A stretch of DNA of 64,000 nt from Pseudomonadota bacterium (lineage in GTDB: Bacteria; Pseudomonadota; Gammaproteobacteria; Xanthomonadales; Xanthomonadaceae): positions 426 to 64,425 of the forward strand of contig JAFEBY010000064.1 of the NCBI GenBank assembly GCA_018242465.1. Reading direction: 5' to 3'. This document shows positions 50,936 through 59,844 of this stretch, one piece after another. How positions within the stretch are numbered: the first letter of the stretch is position 1; each line of letters opens with the position of its first letter. The notes beneath the pieces were generated by a model. It was not told where the DNA came from, did no database searches, and saw only the letters and a list, made by a program, of their open reading frames with translations. The position numbers and the translations under genes were made by a program.

Positions 50936-51087
50936 TTCCTTTTAAATCAGTAAGTTACTGATTGATATGCAATGTGGATCTTTGCTGGTATTTGACCGAA
51001 TTTGTTGAGAATCAGTTGTTTAGCTTTGTTTGAATTGAGTTGCCGGGACTGCGCAATGTACCTCTCATGTACCTGCCGGCGAAGGTT

Positions 51088-51948
51088 TCAGCGGAACCGC
51101 GGCTCTTCCCAGCGACCCGATTCTTCCTCTTCATCATCTTCGGCATCTTCCAGCGTCAGTACAGTCAACGTTCTGCCGAATTTTCCAAGGCCGATCACCT
51201 CCTCCAGCAATCCATGCTTTCCGCTTGCGCCAGAGAACCAATCGCTTGCCGGAGCACTGTCGCTGTCTTCACCGCCGCGGACAATGGCCTCTCGATCTTC
51301 TGACAGCCTCTGAGTCGCGCTATCACTTGGAACCTTCGTATTTCTGGGTAGTGGCCGCGCCCAGCCCACATGCGCTTGAAGAGTGTGGGTAGCGCAGAAC
51401 TCAACGCGCCCGTTATGGCACTGGATCACGCCAGCAGGAAGATGGCCGATTTCTGCGTAGCGCAGTGCTGACGCTACTAATGAGGTTTCGCACTTAGTGG
51501 CCAGTGATGTGACAGCCGCCATGCCATCTGCATTCTTGTTGATGAGTGACAGGCAGAAAGGTTTTGGCATGAGCAGGCAGGCCGCGAAATAGTCTGCTTC
51601 GTGCTCGATCACATCCGAAGAGCCAAATCCCGCCCGCGACATGTGTTCATTGCTGTTCTTAAAGATGTGCTCCGGGTGTCCATCCAGGCAATAGTGGCCG
51701 ATTTCATGTGCGATGCTGAAATTTTGGAAGCCTAGGTTGTCGATATGCGTGGCATAGACGATCGCGAATTTATCGCCGTTGCAAATAAGCCAGCCTGAGG
51801 CACCAGACATGGAAGCGGGTTTAGCTTCAACCTTGATCTCAAGATATTCGGCAATCTCGATCGGTTTGATTGGAAGTGAGGAACCGCCAGCATCCTTAAG
51901 AACTTCCAGGGCTTTTGCCTGGATTTGCTGCCGACGATAGGCATCCAT
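51088..51948 (-). CDS. ImmA/IrrE family metallo-endopeptidase
   Basis: FSIAHEIGH (HExxH), EHEADYFAACLLMP, TSLVAS. Confidence 0.92.
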   Translation of the reverse strand: MDAYRRQQIQAKALEVLKDAGGSSLPIKPIEIAEYLEIKVEAKPASMSGASGWLICNGDKFAIVYATHIDNLGFQNFSIAHEIGHYCLDGHPEHIFKNSNEHMSRAGFGSSDVIEHEADYFAACLLMPKPFCLSLINKNADGMAAVTSLATKCETSLVASALRYAEIGHLPAGVIQCHNGRVEFCATHTLQAHVGWARPLPRNTKVPSDSATQRLSEDREAIVRGGEDSDSAPASDWFSGASGKHGLLEEVIGLGKFGRTLTVLTLEDAEDDEEEESGRWEEPRFR

Positions 51949-52271
51949 TATTTCTTCCTTTGCTCCACCAGAGACTTGGCAACTGCTTCGAGCATTTGAA
52001 TCTCGCTTTCAGTTGCATTTCCTAAATGCCGCGCGATTCGACTGGCTGCCCCAGTTGCATCCGGTGTATCGACAAGCCCCATGAGGTAGTCGGTACTCAC
52101 ACCCAACACTTTAGTCAGGCGTCTTAGGTTGTCGAAGGAGGGTTTCCGCGATCCGCTTTCAAAATGGGAGATGGTGGTGGATGGCAGGCCGGCTTCCTTG
52201 CTTAGGCCGGCTTGGGTAAGGCCGCGTTTCTCCCGTGCCTCTTTGAGGCGAGCTGGAAATTCGGTAGGCAT
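51948..52271 (-). CDS. XRE-family HTH repressor
   Basis: LKEAREKRGLTQ..LS......TISHFESGSRKPS...L..L...LGVSTDYL; stop overlaps the peptidase start. Confidence 0.92.
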   Translation of the reverse strand: MPTEFPARLKEAREKRGLTQAGLSKEAGLPSTTISHFESGSRKPSFDNLRRLTKVLGVSTDYLMGLVDTPDATGAASRIARHLGNATESEIQMLEAVAKSLVEQRKK

Positions 52272-52305
52272 GGCGGCGTCCGGTTGGCGGGTGGTGCCAA
52301 ATCTT

Positions 52306-52351
52306 ACTTGACGAACTCGACAAGTAGGGAGTATTGTCGATTTCGTCAAGT
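52306..52351. promoter_or_regulatory. Inverted-repeat operator overlapping a sigma70-like promoter
   Basis: ACTTGACGAACTCGACAA-N10-TTGTCGATTTCGTCAAGT (17/18 match); contains TTGACG and TATTGT. Confidence 0.75.
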
Positions 52352-52399
52352 TTTTATAGCCGGCAATGTGCTGGCTGGGCTTGGCAGAGGTAAGCATCA

Positions 52400-52570
52400 A
52401 TGTCTACCCGTAAGCCGATTGGTACTACCGCCCAGACGGGCGAAAGCTGTCCCGAAAGCGGCGTCTGGCAGCCCAGGGGCTATACCACCACCGCCCCGAT
52501 CGCGAAGGGCAACCGCATGCCGCCCTATGACGGCAAGGCAGTCACCTGGGTGTTGAAGCAGTACGCCTAA
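52400..52570 (+). CDS. Small YjzC-like protein (56 aa; absent from the ORF track)
   Basis: GAGG RBS; MSTRKPIGTTAQTGESCPESGVWQPRGYTTTAPIAKGNRMPPYDGKAVTWVLKQYA; own promoter and terminator. Confidence 0.75.
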   Translation: MSTRKPIGTTAQTGESCPESGVWQPRGYTTTAPIAKGNRMPPYDGKAVTWVLKQYA

Positions 52571-52602
52571 CCGGGGAACCAGGCTGTGGTCCAGGGGAGA
52601 GG

Positions 52603-52631
52603 AGCGCCCACTTCGGTGGGCGTTTTCTTTT
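52603..52631 (+). terminator. Intrinsic terminator
   Basis: AGCGCCCAC-TTCG-GTGGGCGTT followed by TTCTTTT. Confidence 0.8.
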
Positions 52632-52752
52632 GCGGGATTGTCCCGCGTCGCAGGCGGTGAGCCAGCCCTTCTTCAACTTACCCACTCCGCAAACTGCTAG
52701 CGATTCGCTGCGAAGTGATGTAAGGTGATGCAACTAATTCAGGTGTCTGGGC

Positions 52753-52950
52753 ATGCCCGCGAAACGTGGACGGAAGCCGACCGGAAAGCCCCGTGCAACG
52801 CGCGCGACGGCAAGCCTTCCCCCCGACATTTATCAAACCCTGCAAGACATAGCGAAGCAGAAACGGGTATCCGTTGCCTGGGTTATTCGCGATGCGGCAG
52901 AGAAATACGTCGCCGATCAATGGCCGCTGCTCCATGCGGGGAAAGAATGA
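52753..52950 (+). CDS. CopG/ribbon-helix-helix regulator of the R-M operon
   Basis: RATASLPPDIYQTLQDIAKQKRVSVAWVIRDAAEKY; ATGA overlap with the MTase. Confidence 0.85.
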   Translation: MPAKRGRKPTGKPRATRATASLPPDIYQTLQDIAKQKRVSVAWVIRDAAEKYVADQWPLLHAGKE

Positions 52951-54713
52951 CAATCGCGCGCAACAAGACACGCACTGCTTCGCCCGTGCGCGCGTCTTCT
53001 AGCCACTCTCCACGTGGTCGTTTCGCCAATCTGGACGATGACAAGCTGCGTGGTGGCTATTACACCTCGGAGAAGGTAGCTGCGTGGCTCTGCGACTGGG
53101 CAATCCAGTCGACCGAGGACGTAGTGCTGGAACCGAGTTGTGGCGATGGTGCGTTCCTGGAAGCTGCGACGCGGCGATTCCGCGCGCTTGGTGCGACGCC
53201 GACAAAGATCGCGCGTCTTCTTACAGGTGTTGAGATCATTCCTGCCGAAGCTCAATCGGCCATTGACCGCTTGCGACCCGAGCTTGGAAAAGCGGCTGAA
53301 AAGGTCGTGCACAACTCAGATTTCTTTGCCTGGTGGCAGGAGTCCGATCAGCCAGCATTTGACGCCATCATCGGGAATCCACCTTTCATTCGTTATCAGT
53401 CATTCCCGGAACCGCACCGCACCCGTGCGATGGCAATCATGGGCGATCAGGGACTGACCCCCAATCGTCTAACGAACATCTGGGTACCGTTCGTCGTTGC
53501 CGCGACCGCGAGCCTGAAACGTGGCGGGCGCCTGGCGCTCGTACTCCCGGCTGAAATCTTGCAGGTCACTTATGCCGCGCAGCTCCGGTCCTTCCTGGCC
53601 GATCATTTTGCGCGTATTGACGTGATCGCGTGCAATGAGTTGTTCTTTGAAAATGCTGAACAGGAAGTTGTCCTGCTGCTCGCGGATGGCGCGCTGGCAT
53701 CTGCATCTGAAAAAAATGAGTGCCGAGTAACTTTGACTGCGGCTAAAACCGTTTCGGACATAACGAAGAAAAAGCCGGCGCATCTGCTGAAGCACGCAGA
53801 GCCTAAGACGATTCGTCACGATAGCGAGAAGTGGCTCAAATACTTTCTCGACAATCGGCAGATCACTTTCATGCGAGCGCTGCGAGAGGCTGATATCGCG
53901 TCGCCCTTGTCCGCCCATGCGAGCATTGATGTTGGCGTAGTAACAGGGAAGAACGAATTTTTCGTTTTGTCGGCCGATCAGGTCTTGGCACTTGGTCTCG
54001 AAGGCTATACGACGCCGCTTGTCTCTCGGTCGGCGCATTTGAAAGGTGGGCGGCTCGGCAAGGCCGATTGGAAGTCCCTCGCTGCAGCAGGGGATCGTGT
54101 CCATCTGCTGAATATCAGTCGCGTGCAAGCCGCAGGTAAGTTGAGCGCGAAATTGCGACGCTACATCGACGAAGGAGAGCAAAAGCAGTTTCACCAAGGA
54201 TATAAATGTTCGATCCGCAAGCCTTGGTATCTCGTTCCGTCGGTGTGGGTGCCTGATGGCTTTGCCTTCAGGCAGATATATGACTTCCCTCGCATGGTGT
54301 TGAACACCGCGGATGCAACCTCGACGGATACTATCCATCGCCTTAGAAGCCTCGGCGCGAAGCCTGAGCGGATCATCGCAAATACCTATACCTGGCTCAC
54401 GGCTGCATCAGCCGAGATTGAGGGCCGCAGTTATGGTGGTGGTGTTCTAGAGCTTGAACCGACGGAAGCCGAGCGCCTACTGATGCCAGCGCGTCTCAAC
54501 GGAGCGATGCCTCTTACAGAGGTCGACCAACTAATTCGCGCCGGCCGACTGGAGGCCGTTCTTGAAGAAAACGCGCGCGTCATCCTGCGTGATCACATGG
54601 GGCTGTCGGCCACCGATTGCGCGCTATTGAAGGGCGTCTGGACGATGATGCGGGATCGCCGGCACTCTCGTCGGCGAGGTGCTGGAAAAGCAGCGCAGGA
54701 CAATAATCCATGA
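52947..54713 (+). CDS. N6-adenine DNA methyltransferase (companion MTase of an Eco57I-like system)
   Basis: GGYYT, VLEPSCGDGAF, GNPPF, GRSYGGGVLELEP.E. Confidence 0.9.
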   Translation: MTIARNKTRTASPVRASSSHSPRGRFANLDDDKLRGGYYTSEKVAAWLCDWAIQSTEDVVLEPSCGDGAFLEAATRRFRALGATPTKIARLLTGVEIIPAEAQSAIDRLRPELGKAAEKVVHNSDFFAWWQESDQPAFDAIIGNPPFIRYQSFPEPHRTRAMAIMGDQGLTPNRLTNIWVPFVVAATASLKRGGRLALVLPAEILQVTYAAQLRSFLADHFARIDVIACNELFFENAEQEVVLLLADGALASASEKNECRVTLTAAKTVSDITKKKPAHLLKHAEPKTIRHDSEKWLKYFLDNRQITFMRALREADIASPLSAHASIDVGVVTGKNEFFVLSADQVLALGLEGYTTPLVSRSAHLKGGRLGKADWKSLAAAGDRVHLLNISRVQAAGKLSAKLRRYIDEGEQKQFHQGYKCSIRKPWYLVPSVWVPDGFAFRQIYDFPRMVLNTADATSTDTIHRLRSLGAKPERIIANTYTWLTAASAEIEGRSYGGGVLELEPTEAERLLMPARLNGAMPLTEVDQLIRAGRLEAVLEENARVILRDHMGLSATDCALLKGVWTMMRDRRHSRRRGAGKAAQDNNP

Positions 54714-57700
54714 GCATCGTGGACCCGAGAGCCACCGCACGTGCGCGCGTTGGCGAACTGGTCCAAAGTTTCAGGCGCAATGAAGCCGACTATCTCGGAG
54801 CCGCCTACAACGAGACGCAAGCACGCACAGACTTCATCACGCCGCTGCTCGCGGCATTCGGGTGGGATGTCCACAATGCGACTGGGCAATCGCTTGGTTT
54901 GCGAGAAGTCATCGAGGAGGCCACCGTTGAGGTGGGCGAAGAGCGCCTCTCTAAGAGGCCAGACTACGAGCTGCGCCTGGCTAGGCAACGCAAGATATTC
55001 GTCGAGGCCAAAAAGCCGAGCGTGCATATTGATCGAAATCGCGACGCTGCATTTCAGACGCGGCGCTATGGGTATTCAGCCAGCTTGCCGATCGCTGTTC
55101 TTACCAATTTCCATCAGCTTGCTATCTATGACTGTCTGCCTAAGCCAGACGAGGCAGACGAGGCGCATGTCGCCCGCATTTTGCTGGTTCGCTACGATGA
55201 GTTCGAGGCGCGCTTTGATGAGTTGTGGCCGCTGCTCTCGCGCGAGGCAGTCTATTCAGGCGACTTCGATCGCCGCTTCTCCGTCGATGCCACGCGCCAC
55301 GGGGCAGATCAATTTGACGACTTCTTCCTGCGCCAGGTGCGCTCATGGCGGGAGCGGCTTGCGCGGGATATCCACCAGAACACTCCCGGCCTTTCGCCGG
55401 CAGAGCTGACCTATGCGGTACAGCTTTTTCTGTCACGGATCGTCTTCCTCCGCATCTGTGAAGATCGCGACATCGAGCGGTATGAAAATCTGCGCGGCCT
55501 TTCCGGCGGCAATAGCTTCAATGCACTTTTGGAGGAGCTGAGGCGGGCGGATGCCTTCTATGATTCTGGCCTGTTCCGTCTTCTCGACGACGCACGACTC
55601 GGCGTCCGTATCAGCGACGATGTGTTGAGCGGCATCATCAACGAACTGTATTACCCACAAAGTCCCTATACCTTCGCTGTTGTCGAAACCGAAGTTCTTG
55701 GCGAAATCTACGAGCAATTCCTGGGCGAGATAATCACGATCAATGCCCACCGCGCTGTTGAGATTGTCAGCAAGCCGGAAGTTCGAGAAAGCGGCGGGGT
55801 GGTACCCACGCCGCGCTATATCGTTGATGCCATCGTGCAGCGCACGCTCGGCCCCCATGTTGCTGGACGGGCCCCAGCTGATCTGGCCACGTTTACAGTC
55901 GCTGACATATGCTGCGGCTCCGGCATTTTTCTTCTATCGGTCTTCGAGTTCCTTACGGATCATTACCTAGCTTGGTATCAAGCCAACGACCGGGAAAATC
56001 ACGTTGGCCGCACGATTTACGAAGCCAGCGCTGGGCAATGGCGCCTCACCTTTGAGGAAAAGCGCCGCATTTTGTTGACCCATATCCGGGGTGTGGATAT
56101 CGACGCTAATGCCGTCGAAGTCGCCCGCTTTAGCCTTCTCTTGAAGCTGATCGAGGACGAAAGCGCCGCAGGCTTGCAAGACTACGTTGATCGCACCGGC
56201 TTGCGCGCTCTGCCAGAGCTGGAAGGGACGTTGCGCGCGGGCAATAGCTTGGTCAGCCAAGCAGAATGGATGGCCGCACGAGGCACGGCGTTACCTGCAA
56301 GGCTGCTGGAGAAGGTCAATCCGTTCGCCTGGCCAAATGAATTTCCGGCCGAACATGCGCGGGGTGGATTCGACGTGATCGTGGGCAACCCGCCCTATAT
56401 CCGCATCCAGAACATGCAGGCATATTCCCCTGAGGAAGCGGCCTTCTATCAAAACGCCGCCTCGCCCTACACAACGGCACAGCAAGATAACTTCGACAAA
56501 TATGCGCTCTTTATTGAGCGATCCCTATCCCTTGTTCGGCCCGATGGCCGCCTTGGTTTCATCATCCCGCACAAGTTCATGACAATTCAGGCCGGGCGGG
56601 CCCTCCGTCGCCTGGTCACAGTTGGTCACGTGCTCGAAGAGATCGTGCATTTCGGTGTACAGCAAGTCTTCGGGCGACAAGCGGCGAATTACACCTGCCT
56701 GTTGATCCTCGATCGGCGAGGGCGACCCGAAGTCGCCGTCGAGCGTGTCGAGGCTCTGGAACCTTGGCGTTACGGAGCGCCTAGCCCGCGTAATGTGCTG
56801 CCGGCGGTCGAGTTAACTGATGAGCCATGGCAGTTCGCGAATGCCGACACTCGCGCGCTTTTCGCCCGTATCCGTGCGGCCTGCAATCGCGAACTGAGAG
56901 ACGCGGCGGAGATCTTTGTTGGTGTCCAGACTAGTGCCGATCCGATTTACATCTTCCGTGCGGTTGCAGAGACCACTAATACCGTAACGCTCCGATGGAA
57001 CGACCGGGATTGGCCAATCGAACGCGACATAGTTCGGCCCTGTCTGCATGATGCTAGGCTCTATCCGTACACTCGTGCTGAAGCCAACGCATGGATGATC
57101 TTCCCTTATGAGATTGTCAATGGCGGTCGCACCGCGGCTCGTCTAATTCAGCCAGCAGAGATGGCGCAACGCTTTCCGGTCTGCCTGGAGTACCTTACGG
57201 CCCGGCAGGCTGAGCTGGAACGTCGCAATATCGTTGGCGGTTCGGCTGCCGATCGGCAGTTCTACCAGTTTGGTCGATCCCAAAGTCTGACGAAGTTTGA
57301 TAGCCCGAAGATCATCTTGCCCATCTTGTCGCTCGAAGCCCGCTACGCCTACGACGAGAACAACATCATGATGACCGGCGGCGGGAATGGCCCCTATTAT
57401 CTGATTCGCCCCGAAGATGGCGCTCCTGAAACAAACTTCTTCCTGCTGGCGGTGCTACACCATCCGCTGAGCGAAGCGATGATCAGAACGCATACAAGCC
57501 CATTCCGAGGCGGGTACTACTCCCACGGAAAGCAGTTCATCGAGCATCTCCCAATTCCGTTGGCAACCCCGCAGCAGCGTGCGGAGATAGATGCTCTGGT
57601 TGGTCAGTTGATCGGAGCAAATGATGCCGCTCAGGCGGCGCGAACACCGCATCAAAAAACACTTCATGAGCGCAATGCGACGACGCTACGCGATCAAATT

Positions 57701-57778
57701 GAGGTGCACGTAAGCTCGCTGTTCGGTTTGTCGGGGCCAGATATTGCGTTAGCAAAAGCGGTCCCCATCCCCGCCTAG
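54710..57778 (+). CDS. Type IIG restriction-modification enzyme (Eco57I/BpmI-like)
   Basis: NETQARTDFI, PDY...VEAKKP, TNF (nuclease); DICCGSGIF, GNPPY (MTase); C-terminal TRD. Confidence 0.9.
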   Translation: MSIVDPRATARARVGELVQSFRRNEADYLGAAYNETQARTDFITPLLAAFGWDVHNATGQSLGLREVIEEATVEVGEERLSKRPDYELRLARQRKIFVEAKKPSVHIDRNRDAAFQTRRYGYSASLPIAVLTNFHQLAIYDCLPKPDEADEAHVARILLVRYDEFEARFDELWPLLSREAVYSGDFDRRFSVDATRHGADQFDDFFLRQVRSWRERLARDIHQNTPGLSPAELTYAVQLFLSRIVFLRICEDRDIERYENLRGLSGGNSFNALLEELRRADAFYDSGLFRLLDDARLGVRISDDVLSGIINELYYPQSPYTFAVVETEVLGEIYEQFLGEIITINAHRAVEIVSKPEVRESGGVVPTPRYIVDAIVQRTLGPHVAGRAPADLATFTVADICCGSGIFLLSVFEFLTDHYLAWYQANDRENHVGRTIYEASAGQWRLTFEEKRRILLTHIRGVDIDANAVEVARFSLLLKLIEDESAAGLQDYVDRTGLRALPELEGTLRAGNSLVSQAEWMAARGTALPARLLEKVNPFAWPNEFPAEHARGGFDVIVGNPPYIRIQNMQAYSPEEAAFYQNAASPYTTAQQDNFDKYALFIERSLSLVRPDGRLGFIIPHKFMTIQAGRALRRLVTVGHVLEEIVHFGVQQVFGRQAANYTCLLILDRRGRPEVAVERVEALEPWRYGAPSPRNVLPAVELTDEPWQFANADTRALFARIRAACNRELRDAAEIFVGVQTSADPIYIFRAVAETTNTVTLRWNDRDWPIERDIVRPCLHDARLYPYTRAEANAWMIFPYEIVNGGRTAARLIQPAEMAQRFPVCLEYLTARQAELERRNIVGGSAADRQFYQFGRSQSLTKFDSPKIILPILSLEARYAYDENNIMMTGGGNGPYYLIRPEDGAPETNFFLLAVLHHPLSEAMIRTHTSPFRGGYYSHGKQFIEHLPIPLATPQQRAEIDALVGQLIGANDAAQAARTPHQKTLHERNATTLRDQIEVHVSSLFGLSGPDIALAKAVPIPA

Positions 57779-57832
57779 TTTTTCTTTTGTGCCCTGCATA
57801 CTGCTTACTCGTCTTCGTGGATGCGGCGATGC

Positions 57833-58117
57833 TCACCCAGGACCAAACACGCTAACTTCAACTTCTGCTTCCCTGCGAAACGCTGTACGAGCGTATTTGG
57901 CCGTGAACCGAGCAACAGCCTCGTCGTCTGTCATGGGAAGGACACGGCGTTCTAATGCGATAGCTAGGGATGCCTCCCGAAGCTGATCGATTTGAGCCTG
58001 GTCAGGACAGGCTTTTTTCTCCTCCTCGCCAATCGCCGCCGAATAATCTGCGATGTGGGTATTGGCGAGTTCGCTGGCCACTTCGTAGGCCAGTACCTGC
58101 TCATAGGTGTACGTCAT
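57833..58117 (-). CDS. Small helical hypothetical protein
   Basis: GGAGAG RBS before ATG 58117; MTYTYEQVLAYEVA... Confidence 0.6.
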   Translation of the reverse strand: MTYTYEQVLAYEVASELANTHIADYSAAIGEEEKKACPDQAQIDQLREASLAIALERRVLPMTDDEAVARFTAKYARTAFRREAEVEVSVFGPG

Positions 58118-58138
58118 TCGACTCTCCACGTGTCACGT

Positions 58139-58180
58139 GCAAAGTGGTACCACTTTGCGGCCTTCGGCCTATCCTGCAAT
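58139..58180 (+). other. Predicted oriT (RP4/MOBP-type nic site)
   Basis: Perfect 20-bp palindrome GCAAAGTGGTACCACTTTGC followed by CCTATCCTG|C (58168-58177). Confidence 0.8.
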
Positions 58181-58203
58181 AGCCCTCCCTCCCTCCACTA
58201 TTT

Positions 58204-58461
58204 TTTCTCATGAGAAAGGAATCCAAGTTCTTTTTTTCCTCATGAGGAAAAAATGAGGCCCAAAGTGGCGTCAAATTTCCTTGTGCATGCAAAAGGATTG
58301 AGGCCTCAATTGCAGCTTTTTTTCTTCCTCATGAGGAAGAAATTGAGACCTCATATGGCGCCTATTCGGCATCCGTGCACTGTGACAGGTTGGCCGTAGG
58401 CCAACGGAGACTAGCGACTGGAAGGAGCGTGCCTCACCCGCAGCGAGGCACGCTCCGGTCG
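58204..58461. repeat. Cluster of palindromes/hairpins next to oriT
   Basis: CTCATGAG-centred palindromes at 58204-58217, 58232-58253, 58321-58342; ATTGAGGCCTCAAT 58297-58310; hairpins 58389-58405 and 58415-58461. Confidence 0.8.
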
Positions 58462-58585
58462 CACCGCGAATCGGACACCCTTCATCGCTGAACAGCTAAC
58501 CCCCATCCCCGCCAAACCCGCTTTCGCTCGGCGACGGCAGCTGCTCTGTTATCGTTTTCAGAGACCAGCCAGCCTGGAGTCCCCT

Positions 58586-58858
58586 GTGACGACCTATAAC
58601 GAAGCCCTGCTAAAGGCGATCGAAGGTGATTTGCCGGACTACCACCACAAGCGAATGGCGCAGCGCCAGGCCGAGCAATCGCTGGCATTGGCCGCGGAAC
58701 GTGCGAAGTCGAACCCGGATGTCAAGCGCATCGAGCAGCTTCTGGCGGAAATGGTCCAGACCGAGCGCGACAAGCGCGACCTGTCAATTACGGAGCGCGA
58801 AGTCCTGCAGCCCCTGCGCGACATGATCGCCGCCGAGAAGGAAGCTCAGAGTACCTAG
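58586..58858 (+). CDS. Small coiled-coil hypothetical protein
   Basis: GGAG RBS before GTG; biased high-GC codon usage. Confidence 0.6.
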   Translation: MTTYNEALLKAIEGDLPDYHHKRMAQRQAEQSLALAAERAKSNPDVKRIEQLLAEMVQTERDKRDLSITEREVLQPLRDMIAAEKEAQST

Positions 58859-59844
58859 CGATCGGGGGAAGACGGTGGCTTTGATGGCGACCGGCGCGGT
58901 GCTTTGTCCTGCTCATCCTTGTTCAGATAGCCCGAAGTGCGTTGCTCAGCAGACCGGACATCTTGGGACGCCGGCACTGTCTTCATATCCGTAACCACCT
59001 TTGTGATCCCGATCGCGAGAGAACGATCCTCCTGCTCTCCCTGTGCCAGCGCGAGCGCCAACTTGGCATATCCCTTGATAACCGCCGGAGACGCGGTACG
59101 CGGCGCTTGTGCATGATCCTGATGTGGTGTGGCATGTCGCGCTGCCTGCCGGACAGTGCGGCGTAAAGCGCCTCTGAGGTGCCTGGGCGTCGCATTGGCT
59201 TCAACCCCATGATCCCGTAGAGTCTCGGCGAAGCGTTCCCGCCAGCGCTGTAGATCAGCCTTACGTGGGTTGAGGCGGGTGCCATCGATTCCGAGCGCCT
59301 TCACGCAAAGATGCACATGTGGATGACGCTCGTCATCATGTGTTGCAAACACGTACTGATGATTCTCGTTGAACTCGACCTTGGCAAAGGCTCGAGCTGC
59401 ATCTGTCACCGCTGCCCGATCCGTGCCAGGTGGCATCGAAAGCACGATGTTGAAAGACTCCTTTCGGCGGCTCTCTTCCGGAATGCCATACAAGCCGTAT
59501 TTCCATTCCTGCCCCAAATCGCGGACAGCTTCCCTACCAGCGATCACTCGGCCTGTTTCGTCTTCCAGAGGCACGGCGCCGTTACGGGAGATGTAATCGA
59601 GATGAGGCCTGATTCGATTCATCCCGCGTCCGCCGCCGGACACCTTGACCATGACTTCGGGGACTTTGCGCACGACCCGGTTTAGCCGACCGCGTGCTGC
59701 AGAAGCACCTTGGGACTTGAGCGGAGCGGGCGTATTGACAGCAATCCGTGCTCCGGCAATCGTCCGCTTGCCAACCCGTCCTTTGGTTGGCTTGAAGCGG
59801 AAGCCCTCATCCCATTCGATGAGGGCACGATCGACCAGACTCAT
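58855..59844 (-). CDS. MOBP/VirD2-like relaxase
   Basis: EVMVKVSG, HLDYISRNG (catalytic Tyr), NIVLSMP.GT, HDDERHPHVHL (3H motif), DLQRWRERFA. Confidence 0.92.
   Translation of the reverse strand: MSLVDRALIEWDEGFRFKPTKGRVGKRTIAGARIAVNTPAPLKSQGASAARGRLNRVVRKVPEVMVKVSGGGRGMNRIRPHLDYISRNGAVPLEDETGRVIAGREAVRDLGQEWKYGLYGIPEESRRKESFNIVLSMPPGTDRAAVTDAARAFAKVEFNENHQYVFATHDDERHPHVHLCVKALGIDGTRLNPRKADLQRWRERFAETLRDHGVEANATPRHLRGALRRTVRQAARHATPHQDHAQAPRTASPAVIKGYAKLALALAQGEQEDRSLAIGITKVVTDMKTVPASQDVRSAEQRTSGYLNKDEQDKAPRRSPSKPPSSPDR

Noticed and set aside
52725-52946. Long N-terminal extension of the methyltransferase ORF
   Set aside because: Overlaps the RHH gene; the ATGA-coupled start at 52947 is more plausible.
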